In this document: positions 28,099-37,156 of the stretch, piece by piece
Numbering within the stretch: the stretch's first letter is position 1
How the letters are laid out: every line of letters starts with the position of its first letter
Assembly (NCBI GenBank): GCA_965262985.1
Contig: OZ253576.1
Coordinates: forward strand, 3,209,213-3,273,212
From: Vicinamibacterales bacterium
Lineage (GTDB): Bacteria; Acidobacteriota; Vicinamibacteria; Vicinamibacterales; UBA8438
Reading direction: 5' to 3'
Length of the DNA: 64,000 nucleotides
The notes under the pieces: generated by a model
What the model saw: the letters and a program-made list of their open reading frames with translations, nothing else
The model's database searches: none
What the model was told of the DNA's origin: nothing
Position numbers and translations under genes: made by a program

Positions 28099-28258
28099 CG
28101 AATCGCGGCACACGCCGTATCCTAATGGCGGGTCCCCGGGCATCGGCGGACGAATCCAGGGCGGATCGGGCGTCGCGAGACGCGTGGCCGAGCCGATGAC
28201 CGGCGGGTTGGACGAAAATACGCAATGCGGGTGCGAAGGATGCCGCCCGACGCGATCC

Positions 28259-28684
28259 TCAGCACCCGTGCTTTCGCCGTGGAGGGTGCGTTGCGTCTAG
28301 GAATCTCCGCAACCGGTGCTCGGTGTCAGCGTGTCCGACCTCGCACTCCCATATCACCAGCGCCTGCCATCTGTCCGCGTGCAGCACGGCCAAGTGCTCT
28401 TGATCGCGCTCCTTGTTGCGTGCGATCTTCCTCGTCCAGTAGTCCCGGTTCGCCTTCGGGATCCGGTCACCACGCTTGCAGGCGTGCCCGTGCCAGAAGC
28501 ACCCGTGGACGAAGATGACCTTGCGGCGCGGGGCGAACACCAAGTCAGGCTTCCCCGGAAGGCCCTTTCGGTGCAAACGGTAGCGGTACCCCATGCCGTG
28601 CACCAAGCGACGCACCGCCATCTCCGGCCCGGTGTTCTTCCCCTTGACCGCGCGCATGGTTCGGCTGCGCTGCTCAGAGGTCAC
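28259..28684 (-). CDS. vsr: very-short-patch repair endonuclease Vsr
   Basis: 141 aa. RSRTMRAVKGKNTGPEMAVRRLVH..KPDLVFAPRRKVIFVHGCFWHGH.. Confidence 0.9.
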   Translation of the reverse strand: MTSEQRSRTMRAVKGKNTGPEMAVRRLVHGMGYRYRLHRKGLPGKPDLVFAPRRKVIFVHGCFWHGHACKRGDRIPKANRDYWTRKIARNKERDQEHLAVLHADRWQALVIWECEVGHADTEHRLRRFLDATHPPRRKHGC

Positions 28685-28686
28685 GG

Positions 28687-29544
28687 CTATAACCGGCGGA
28701 TGGCTGTTGGCTCAGATTCCCTCTGTATCGCCCCACCGCGCCTGATGCGAGTCGTTCGCACGGTGTCGGGTCCTCGATGCTCCACGTCGATGCTGACGTA
28801 GTTGATTTCTGCTTCAACGCACCGGAAGCAATCATTGAACGCTTGCATGATCTGAACGTCGGCAAGCGCCTGTGGCGGTGGGCTCGGGTTGTTGCGTGGG
28901 CTCGGGATCGTCGCCGGCAGCACGTACAAGCATGGCGGCGGCAGCGAGAACGGACCGACGACTGTCGTGCGAGACGGATCGGCGAGCACCTTCGGGCACG
29001 GTCGGCCGATGGTGCCGCAGACCATGTCCCAGATGACGATGCCGTCCACGAACTGATCGCGCGAGATGATCTCTGCGCTCAACCGCGTGTGAATTCCGGA
29101 CCAAGCGTTGTGGCGCGGATCCGCCCCGGGGTTTGTGCAGACACTCCAGATGATGAACTCATGGGCGTGCGGGGGGCGCTCAAAGATGTTGGTGTTGTTG
29201 CCATCCAGGCAGCCCTTCAATTCGATGACGGCGGTCCGTCCGGACGGGAGCTGAACCGTGTAGTCGTGGCGGTTGGCTTCACCCGCGGACTCCCAGCTGA
29301 CGATGAACTTCCGATCCTCCATGTGATTGAGGACGTGCCGAACCAACTCGCGCTTCTCTCGCATCGAGGCTGCGAACTGGCCCCGGAGGCGCTCTATCGC
29401 GCCCCTGAAAAGGCCGCTGTCGTAGAACTCCTTCTCATCTAGTTCGTGCTCGCCGAGAGTGTGTGCTTCTGTTTTCAGCGTCTCTGCGACTTCCACGATC
29501 TGTTCGCGGAGCTTGTTGTTGCGCTGGCACGGGATAACGCTCAT
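28687..29544 (-). CDS. PD-(D/E)xK type II restriction endonuclease candidate
   Basis: 285 aa. HDYTVQLPSGRTAVIELKG (D-x13-ELK). ATGA overlap with the upstream C5-MTase. Confidence 0.6.
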   Translation of the reverse strand: MSVIPCQRNNKLREQIVEVAETLKTEAHTLGEHELDEKEFYDSGLFRGAIERLRGQFAASMREKRELVRHVLNHMEDRKFIVSWESAGEANRHDYTVQLPSGRTAVIELKGCLDGNNTNIFERPPHAHEFIIWSVCTNPGADPRHNAWSGIHTRLSAEIISRDQFVDGIVIWDMVCGTIGRPCPKVLADPSRTTVVGPFSLPPPCLYVLPATIPSPRNNPSPPPQALADVQIMQAFNDCFRCVEAEINYVSIDVEHRGPDTVRTTRIRRGGAIQRESEPTAIRRL

Positions 29545-30695
29545 GCGGCGTGTCGCTCTCGTGTCATGTGCAGCAGAATCGGCTCGAAGATCCTGGCGGC
29601 CAGGAAGCGAACCACGGGTACGACAACGCCGTCTCCCGTGAGGTGATACGCCTCGTTGTAGTTGTCTGGGAGGACATATTCGTCAGGCAACCCCACCAGT
29701 CGGGCCGTTTCGCGGCTTGAGATCAGCCGTGAGCGCACGTTTCGTCCGTGCACGACGAGGACGAGTTGACGGCTTGATCCGCCGGCGGGCGTGCGCAGGC
29801 AGCCGGCGATGTCGTCGAACCGGACTTCCGCGCGTTGCACCTTTTGGCCGACTTCATCCCGGCGTGTGCGCTTGTAGATCGTGCCGATCACTCGGCGGTC
29901 TTCCTGTTCGGCGGCGCGAACCTTCTTGAGGTTCAGGTCGCTCATCATCGCCAACAGGTCGCGCGTCTCCTCGGGCGAGTGCCACGCGACGCCGTTTGGC
30001 TCGTCCTCCACCAACTCGGCGAACCCGACGTCGCGCGGCGGCGGCGGATCGAGTCTCCACCAGATCCAGTCGTCTTGCAGCGCTCTCGGGAGCTTGCGGT
30101 AAGCGGTCCTCAGCATGCGCGGATGGAAATCGCCGTCGGGCCCGCCGGCGGCAAGCGTTTCCGGCATGTCGACATCGCGCCTGAGAGCGATGATGAACAG
30201 CCGCGGGCGCGATTGCGGGACGAACAGGACTGCGTCGACGATCAGCGCGCCGAACCGATATCCGCCGTTCGACAGCGACCGGCAAATCGCCGTGAAGTCC
30301 TTGCCCGAATGGGAGGTCAGCGTCCCGCAGACGTTTTCCACGACAATCATGGAGGGAGCTCTATCCCCGGCGACCAGTGCCGTCATGAGGTCCCAGAACG
30401 GCCAGAACGTCCCTGATCGTTCCCCTTTCAGCCCGGCACCGACACCGGCGAGCGACAGGTCCTGGCACGGGAAAGAGGCCCAGACGAGATCGGCGGTCGG
30501 CGCGAGATCGGTGGTCGTGACCTGTCTCACGTCGCTGCACACGAAGTTGTCCTGGCCCCAGTTCAGGCGGTACGTCGCGGCCTTCTTCTGGTCAAAGTCG
30601 TTGGCGAACAGGCACCGCCAGCGATCTCCGAGTCCCGCGCGAGCCATGCCCGCGCCAGCGAAGAATTCGTAGAACGCGCCGAGCGTGCCCGCCAT
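29541..30695 (-). CDS. DNA (cytosine-5)-methyltransferase
   Basis: Motifs EFFAGAG, SFPCQDLS, VVENVCG, QSRPRLF, GDGVVVPV. Paralogous to 25974-27095. Confidence 0.9.
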   Translation of the reverse strand: MAGTLGAFYEFFAGAGMARAGLGDRWRCLFANDFDQKKAATYRLNWGQDNFVCSDVRQVTTTDLAPTADLVWASFPCQDLSLAGVGAGLKGERSGTFWPFWDLMTALVAGDRAPSMIVVENVCGTLTSHSGKDFTAICRSLSNGGYRFGALIVDAVLFVPQSRPRLFIIALRRDVDMPETLAAGGPDGDFHPRMLRTAYRKLPRALQDDWIWWRLDPPPPRDVGFAELVEDEPNGVAWHSPEETRDLLAMMSDLNLKKVRAAEQEDRRVIGTIYKRTRRDEVGQKVQRAEVRFDDIAGCLRTPAGGSSRQLVLVVHGRNVRSRLISSRETARLVGLPDEYVLPDNYNEAYHLTGDGVVVPVVRFLAARIFEPILLHMTRERHAA

Positions 30696-30698
30696 GGA

Positions 30699-30914
30699 TC
30701 AGCTCGTCCTTTGCTCCAGATCTAGCGGAAACTGGAACTCGCGTTGCTTGTACTGATCGAGAAGCCGCTCGATGGCCACTTGGGCGATCCACGACATCGA
30801 GACTTTGTGCTGCTTAGCGAGCGTCTGAAGCTCCCGATGCTGGGCCTTGCCGAGGTTGACTGTAATGCGTTCTCTTGAAGTCACTGGATTCTGTCGCAGG
30901 AGGTGCTGCACCAT
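30699..30914 (-). CDS. ribbon-helix-helix (CopG/Arc-like) controller-type regulator
   Basis: 71 aa. RITVNLGKAQHRELQTLAKQHKVSMSWIAQVAIERLL. First gene of the cassette. Confidence 0.65.
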   Translation of the reverse strand: MVQHLLRQNPVTSRERITVNLGKAQHRELQTLAKQHKVSMSWIAQVAIERLLDQYKQREFQFPLDLEQRTS

Positions 30915-30939
30915 GCAGCATCGCGCCGCACCATGCAGC
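30908..30939. promoter_or_regulatory. candidate operator: two perfect 12-bp direct repeats GCACCATGCAGC, 20 bp centre-to-centre
   Basis: Copies at 30908-30919 (covers the RHH start codon) and 30928-30939 (just upstream on the coding strand). Confidence 0.4.
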
Positions 30940-31171
30940 GCATGCTAATCGATCAAAGATCCAAGATCAAGGGGCTACACGGGGGCACAAAGGGCTACGC
31001 ACCGAAAACGGGCAGATCGGCGGATGTAGGCTCCGAGGCGTGCGAACGCGGGTCGGGCGACGTAGCGGCAGTCCGAGGTTGCTGACGGCCGCCTCGATGA
31101 GCACGGGTTGCCCCTATTGCACAAATTGACGTCCTCAACCATCGTAGCCGTGAGGGCCACCGTCTTGCCAG

Positions 31172-31956
31172 CTACGCGCTGGGTTCCTTGGGTGCCCAGT
31201 GCTTGGCGGTACGCATATCGATCCAGTCGCAGTGCAGTTCGACGCGGATCTCGGCATCGTTGCGCGGGACGAGATAACGTTCAAGCGGTGTTGGTATTGG
31301 GAAGTACGATCCGTTGAACATCTGCTGCAACGGCCGGTCGAGCGGGACGGCGCGCTCGGCGCGCATTACGCCGTTTATCTCCGCGGCCACGCCTTCGTCG
31401 AGGCGGATTTCGTACTGGAATGCGGCGCTGACCGTGTCGGAGACGACGTAGAGAATCTTGTTGCCAGCCCAGACGACGCCGCGGCTTTCGCATTCAGGCA
31501 GCAAGTCGCCGTACGCGGCGAACGCCCTGTCCGGCATACGGATATAGAACCCGCCAAGACCGGTGCCGGTGGTGTCTTTGATGTGGAGAAGACGGGGCAG
31601 AGCCCTCTCCGCCGGCGGTTCTGTCTGGCCCTGGCCGCCCTGGAGCGTGACGACCTGGACGTCTGCGCGGGTCACGACCTGCCGCTCGCCCTTGCGGACG
31701 ACGCCGATATCGTCCTTGAGCAGAACCCAGAGTTCGGATCGGCGCTTGGCGAGCAGATCGAGGTTGAGGGCACCGTCGCCGAAGAAGCGCGGGCTCCATT
31801 TCTTCAGCGACGGCCCGAGGTATTCGCGGCAAAATGTTGCAACCAGCGAATAGAAAATCTGCGTGAAGCCTAACTCTTGCAGCTTGGCGACTTCCTGGTG
31901 TCGGACATCGATGAAGATGTCCAGCGGCCGCGAACCCCAATTTTCCTTGACGAAAA
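31172..31956 (-). pseudogene. 5'-truncated gene of unknown function
   Basis: The reading frame is open from the IS91-type terminus: ..FVKENWGSRPLDIFIDVRHQEVAKLQELGFTQIFYSLVATFCREYLGPSLKKW... to stop 31172. No ATG lies upstream of the GTG at 31675 used by the ORF track. Confidence 0.5.
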
Positions 31957-32746
31957 GACGATAGACGATATTAGAGCACCCCGATCACCAAGACTCCTCA
32001 TCCCGCGACAGGCGGATTGACCACACCGTCACGCAGATAGCCCCCGTCACGGGAGGATTACCGCCTGACTGAACACGTCGGGCCTGGAATGACCGCTCGT
32101 CAGGCCGAGGTCAGTCAAGCTCGTCAACCCCGAGGGCGTGGTCTCCCGAGTACTGACTCGCTCCTTCCACCCCGAGCCCGTGACCGATCGGATCCTGGAG
32201 GCCGAGGTGGAGCGTCAGCTCGAGGAGTATGCGGACCAGTCCGCGGTTGCGTCCAGGAGTCCGAGGACCTTCATGGACGGGCCGACCGGCAACACCGTCC
32301 AGCGTGTCGTCGCCGTCATTCCCCGCGTCTGCGCCCCCGCCCGCTCGCCGCTGAACGTACGCCTCCACGGTGGCGAGCACCTCGTCGACGTCCGCCGCGT
32401 GGAGCGACGGGCACGGGTGGAAGCGCACCGACTCGCCGTCCTTCGCGAACACGCCGTCGACCACCAAGGCGTGGATGTGAACATTGAGATTCAGGGCTCC
32501 CCCGAACCGCTGCAGGATCGCCACCGCCCCGCCACGGCCATCCGTCACCCCGGCGTCTCGCGCCCGCCGGCGGAGGAACCCGAGGATCGCCCGCATGGTG
32601 CGCCCCACAACGGCGCGGCAGAGATCGTGATCCCAGGCCAGCCGGTCGTCAGGCGGCTCCCCGCACGTGACGGATCTCAAGCCAGATCGTCGACGCTTGC
32701 TGTTCGAGCGGGCGGCGTGCGGCGTGCCGGGGTCCCGGGAGGGCAA
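31957..32746 (-). mobile_element. IS91-family element remnant, copy D (terminus + internal transposase fragment)
   Basis: 157-bp terminus 31957-32113, near-identical to 17994-18150. The interior carries a deletion relative to copy C. Confidence 0.7.
32111..32746 (-). pseudogene. IS91-family (Y2/HUH) transposase internal fragment
   Basis: ..GAVAILQRFGGALNLNVHIHALVVDGVFAKDG.. (HUH block). N- and C-terminal parts are missing or out of frame. Confidence 0.65.
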
Positions 32747-32776
32747 GATGATCTCGAGCGCGCTAATACGGCGGCG

Positions 32777-34621
32777 TCACTTTGCCCAGGCAACTCCCTC
32801 GGTCCGGGGATCGACGCCGGCCGCCAGCACGCCGTGCTCGTGATCGACCACGATCGCCCCGTTGGATCCCATCGACCAGGCGGGACGGACTCGCAGCTCG
32901 TGGCCCTTGGCCTCCAGCCCGGCGCGAACCTCGGCGGGAATGCCCGCTTCGACCGACAGGTCACCAGGGTACATCGTGTGCGGGAACGGTGACGCCGGAA
33001 AGCTGCGCGTCGACCAACGCGGCGCCTCGATCGCCTGTTGCACGTTCATGCCGAACTCCACCATGTTCAGCAGCGTCTGCATCGTCCGCATGATCTGGTC
33101 GTCGCCGCCCGGGCTACCGAGGATCGCGTGCGGCTCGCCGTCCTTCATTACCAGCGTGCTCTGCAAGGTGCTGCGTGGCCGCTTGCCCGGCGCGAGAGCG
33201 TTAGCCTCACCCTCGACCAGCGAGTAGTAGTCGCCCCGGCAGGTGAAGCTGAACCCGAGATCGCCGACGACCACCCCCGTCCCGAAGCCGCTGTGGAGGC
33301 TCGGCTCGAAGCTCACCATGTTCCGGTCCCCGTCGACCACCGCAATGTAGCTGGTGTCGCCCTCGTGATCGGCGTCGCCCGCCACGTTGACGCGCGGGTC
33401 GGGGCGGGCCGGCGTCGGGTTCTCCATGAACCGCTCGGGGCTGCCCGGCCGGAACTCCAGCGACGCCCGATCGGGGTCGACCAGCCTGCGGCGCTGCGCC
33501 GCGTACTCCTTGGACAGCAGCCCCTCGTAGGGGATGTCGATGGCGTCCATGTCCCCGAGGTACTTCTCGCGGTCCGCGAAGGCGAGCTTGAGGGACTCCG
33601 CGCTGGTGTGAACGTAGTCAACGCTGTTGTGGCCCATGGCGGCGAGGTCGAAGCCTTCGAGGATGTTGAGCGTGAAGAGCTCGGCCGGCCCTTGACTGGC
33701 CGACGGGTTCTTGTAGACCTGGTAGCCGCGGTAGTCGGTCGAGACGGGCGTCTCCACCTTGGCTGTATAGGCGGCGAAGTCCTCGTACCGATAGAGGCCG
33801 CCGTTCTCCTCGAAGAACTTGCCCATCGCCCGGGCGATGTCTCCCTTGTAGAACCGGTCGCGCGCCGCCTTGAGCGCCGCGGCCCGTCCCAGATGCGCGT
33901 TCTGCCGCTCTGCCTCCACGAGCTTCTCCAGCAGGCGGGCGGCGTCGGGATTCCTGAAGATCTCACCCGGTTCGGGCCCGCGCCCGTCGGGAGCGTAGAC
34001 CTTCATCGTGGTGGCGTACTTCCTGATCTTCGATGAGCCGGCGATAGTCCGGCTCAGGCCCTCGCTGACCGGGAACCCCTCGGCCGCGACGGCGATCGCC
34101 CGCCGCAGCACCTGCTCGAACGTCATCGTCCCCCACCGGTCGAGCAGGATGTACCAGGCGTCGACGACGCCGGGGGTGGACGCGGCGAGCAGACCGTCGC
34201 TGCGCGGCAGCTCGCCGTTGTTGTGCTGCTCGTACCAGTCGATGGTCGCGAGTTGCGGCGCCATCCCTTCCGCGTTGATCGAGAAGACCTCCTTCTCTGC
34301 CGCGTCGTAGACGAGCAGCACGGCGTCGGCCCCGATCCCGTTCATCGCCGGGTCGACCAGGGCGAGCACCGCCTGCCCGGCCACGGCGGCGTCGAACGCG
34401 TTCCCGCCGGCGTCGAGGATCTCGACCGCGGCGGCCGTCGCCTGGGCCTTCATCGAGCTGACGGCGTACTCTCGCCCGCGGAGGACCGGTCGCAACGTGC
34501 GGATCTGGGGAGCGGCGCGCATCGTCTCCGCCTGCTGCCCCGCCTGCTGCGCGAGCAGTTGGGACGGGATGCCGAACGCCATGAGGACCGTCACGCCGAG
34601 CATGAGGCGGTTTGCAGCCAT
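32777..34621 (-). CDS. ggt: gamma-glutamyltransferase
   Basis: Signal peptide MAANRLMLGVTVLMAFG. ..ILDAGGNAFDAAVA.., nucleophile block GDTSYIAVVD. Internal ATG at 34621. Confidence 0.85.
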   Translation of the reverse strand: MAANRLMLGVTVLMAFGIPSQLLAQQAGQQAETMRAAPQIRTLRPVLRGREYAVSSMKAQATAAAVEILDAGGNAFDAAVAGQAVLALVDPAMNGIGADAVLLVYDAAEKEVFSINAEGMAPQLATIDWYEQHNNGELPRSDGLLAASTPGVVDAWYILLDRWGTMTFEQVLRRAIAVAAEGFPVSEGLSRTIAGSSKIRKYATTMKVYAPDGRGPEPGEIFRNPDAARLLEKLVEAERQNAHLGRAAALKAARDRFYKGDIARAMGKFFEENGGLYRYEDFAAYTAKVETPVSTDYRGYQVYKNPSASQGPAELFTLNILEGFDLAAMGHNSVDYVHTSAESLKLAFADREKYLGDMDAIDIPYEGLLSKEYAAQRRRLVDPDRASLEFRPGSPERFMENPTPARPDPRVNVAGDADHEGDTSYIAVVDGDRNMVSFEPSLHSGFGTGVVVGDLGFSFTCRGDYYSLVEGEANALAPGKRPRSTLQSTLVMKDGEPHAILGSPGGDDQIMRTMQTLLNMVEFGMNVQQAIEAPRWSTRSFPASPFPHTMYPGDLSVEAGIPAEVRAGLEAKGHELRVRPAWSMGSNGAIVVDHEHGVLAAGVDPRTEGVAWAK

Positions 34622-34857
34622 CGCTTCCTCCTCCTCCAGACACCTGGCAACCGAAACAGCGTCCGCCGACTCGCTCCGCGGCGAGCGGCGTACGCCCATT
34701 ATTCGCCCGGCCGACGCGCGGCGCAAGAGCAGTCGAAGCGGGGTGGTGCAATCCACCTCACGTCTGAGCTCCGAACACCTTGATCCCACTTCGCGTCACG
34801 TTGCCGGGGGAGATGGCCATGGGCGCTTCAACGAAACTGTGGCCCTGCGGAGCGAAA

Positions 34858-34900
34858 CGGGCAACCACACGGGGCGGGCACCCACAAGGGGTGCCCCTAC
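34858..34900. repeat. REP-like hairpin unit(s)
   Basis: CGGGCAACCACACGGGGCGGGCACCCACAAGGGGTGCCCCTAC. Confidence 0.55.
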
Positions 34901-35058
34901 AGGTTTCTCACGCGGTGTTGCTCACGAATCGCAACATGACACCGCAAGGACCTGGCCGGTCCGGGCAGCGTCAGGATTTCGGTGTTTCCCGCCCGTCGCC
35001 TTCGCCGCACTCGGCGATACCGTTGACCTCTCGCTGGATGCGCCTGCGACGAGCGCCG

Positions 35059-36792
35059 TCACCCCCGGATGACCCGCGGCAGCAGCATGTGGTGGCGCGG
35101 GCAGAGTGACGTGGGGTTCTGGTAGGCGGCGCCGGTGAACGCCTGCAGGTATCGGCGCAGGTCGGTCAGCCTGGCGATCTCGTCCACGAACCCCTGCCGC
35201 GCGCAATACACCGGTCGCGAGGTCTCGTGGTAGCGGTCGACCAGTGCGTTCATCTTGTCGATGACCGGGTCGAGCGGGCGGCCGGCGGCGTGCTCCTTCG
35301 CCGCGCGGCGGGCATAGGTGGCCACCGCGGCCGTCTCGCCGTGCATGACCTCGATCTCGGTGGCCGGTGTGCCGAGCGTGAACGCGTTGTGCCGGTTGGC
35401 GGTCGGCCCGCCCATGACGTAGTGGGCGGCGGCGGTGCCCTTTCGCAGCACGACGAGCATCATCGGCACGCCGGTCTGCTGGATCGAGTAGATGAGCCCC
35501 TGACCCAGCCCCAGCACCTCCGCCTTCTCGGCCAACTCGCCCACGTCGATGCCTGACGTGTCCTGGAACCAGATGATCGGCAGCCGGTCGCGCCCGCACA
35601 GGGTCACGAACTCGTTCATCTTGATGAGTCCCTGGCGATAGAGCTTGCCGCCCATGCCGGGGTAGTCGGCGTACTCGGGATAACCCTTCCCCAGGTAGCC
35701 CTGCCGGTTCCCGATGCACCCGACGAGCCGGCCGTCGATCTTGCACACCCCGGTGAACACTTCCGGGCCGTAGCCGGGCCGGAACTCCAGCCGCTCGCTG
35801 CCGTCCACCAATCGCGCCAGCACCTCGTCGAAGTCGTACACCTCCTTCTGATTGGCCGGCAGCAGGTGATACAGGTCTTCGAGCGGAAAGGCCGGCGCTT
35901 TCGGCGCGGCGGCCTGAAAGAACTCGGGGCCGTAGGCGGGTATCGCCCGCATGTATTCCTTGAGTCCATCGAGCACGCCCGTTTCCTGCTCGTAGACCCG
36001 CGTGAAGAAACCGGTGGCCTCGTGGTGGGTGGCGATGTCGCCCGGCGGACGCGCGGTGAATGCGCTGGCCCGGGCAATCAGGTCTTCGACCATCGCGGTG
36101 TCGAACCCGCCCTTGGGGGCCATGCCCGAGACGATACCGACTCCGCCGACCGCCATGTTCGCGTCCTTGTGGGCCAGCAGGATGGTCGGGCTGATCGCCT
36201 GGTACCCGCCGCCGGCCGGATTCGTGCCATAGATGCCGGCGAGCACCGGAATGCCCGCCTGCTCCAGTTCCGCATGCCGAAAGAACGGTGTGCCGGCGCC
36301 GCGCCGGTTGGCGTAGAACTTTTCCTGCTCGGGCAGTTTCGCCCCGCTGCAGTTGACCAGCCACACGAGCGGCACGTTGAGCCGCGCGGCCAGGTCGGTC
36401 ACGCGCAGGATGTTCTCGGATTGTCCCGGCAGCCAGGCGCCCGCCATGACCTTGTTGTCGAACCCGATGACGACCGCCCAGCGCCCCTCGATCTGTCCCA
36501 CGCCGTCGACGACGTTGGTGGTCCCCTCGTCGTTCTCGAGCGGGTTGTACAGCGTGTGCAGAGGGTGCCAGGCGCCTTCGTCCACCAGGTAGGCGATGCG
36601 CTGGTACACGGTCATCCAGCCGCGCGCGTTGATCTTCGCAGCGGGGAACCCGGCCTGCTCGACCGCCGTGACAGCGTCGGCGATGTCCGCTTCGACCGCG
36701 CGCAACTGTTCGGCGCTTGTCGCCGCCCGCTTCATCCGTCCCGGCTTCAGCGCCTTGCCGAAGGGGTCCATCGACTCGAAATACGGTTTCAC
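35059..36792 (-). CDS. gcdA: glutaconyl-CoA decarboxylase alpha subunit (carboxyltransferase)
   Basis: 577 aa. ..GTTNVVDGVGQIEGRWAVVIGFDNKVMAGAWLPGQSENILRVTDLA..GIYGTNPAGGGYQAISPTILLAHKDANMAVGG.. closely parallels the GcdA layout. Confidence 0.8.
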   Translation of the reverse strand: MKPYFESMDPFGKALKPGRMKRAATSAEQLRAVEADIADAVTAVEQAGFPAAKINARGWMTVYQRIAYLVDEGAWHPLHTLYNPLENDEGTTNVVDGVGQIEGRWAVVIGFDNKVMAGAWLPGQSENILRVTDLAARLNVPLVWLVNCSGAKLPEQEKFYANRRGAGTPFFRHAELEQAGIPVLAGIYGTNPAGGGYQAISPTILLAHKDANMAVGGVGIVSGMAPKGGFDTAMVEDLIARASAFTARPPGDIATHHEATGFFTRVYEQETGVLDGLKEYMRAIPAYGPEFFQAAAPKAPAFPLEDLYHLLPANQKEVYDFDEVLARLVDGSERLEFRPGYGPEVFTGVCKIDGRLVGCIGNRQGYLGKGYPEYADYPGMGGKLYRQGLIKMNEFVTLCGRDRLPIIWFQDTSGIDVGELAEKAEVLGLGQGLIYSIQQTGVPMMLVVLRKGTAAAHYVMGGPTANRHNAFTLGTPATEIEVMHGETAAVATYARRAAKEHAAGRPLDPVIDKMNALVDRYHETSRPVYCARQGFVDEIARLTDLRRYLQAFTGAAYQNPTSLCPRHHMLLPRVIRG

Positions 36793-36850
36793 TGCAGCAA
36801 TCCTCGTTGGGTTCGGCCTGACTCAGGGCGGCGAGCTTCGAAAGCAGACG

Positions 36851-37115
36851 AACAGGGCAACCACAAGGGTTGCCCCTATATCTCACCTTGCTCAGAACAG
36901 GGCAACCACAAGGGTTGCCCCTACATCTCACCTTGCTCAGAACAGGGCAACCACAAGGGTTGCCCCTACATCTCGCCTTGCTCAGAACAGGGCAACCACA
37001 AGGGTTGCCCCTACATCTCGTCTTGCTCAGAACAGGGCAACCACAAGGGTTGCCCCTACATCTCGCCTTGCTCAGAACAGGGCAACCACAAGGGTTGCCC
37101 CTACTTCTCGCGTTG
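36851..37115. repeat. six tandem 45-bp REP units inside the gcd operon
   Basis: Units start at 36851, 36896, 36941, 36986, 37031 and 37076. Consensus AACAGGGCAACCACAAGGGTTGCCCCTACATCTC(A/G)CCTTGCTCAG. Each unit folds as GGGCAACC-ACAAG-GGTTGCCC. Confidence 0.9.
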
Positions 37116-37156
37116 CCACGCGGGCGCCTCGCCACGCTCGGTTTCACCACGGGCTC

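Noticed and set aside
36851-37115. Regularly spaced repeats that could be mistaken for a CRISPR array
   Set aside because: The period is only 45 bp. The 'spacers' are themselves identical between units, so this is a plain tandem repeat. No cas genes are nearby, and the same hairpin occurs singly elsewhere (215-242, 34858-34900).
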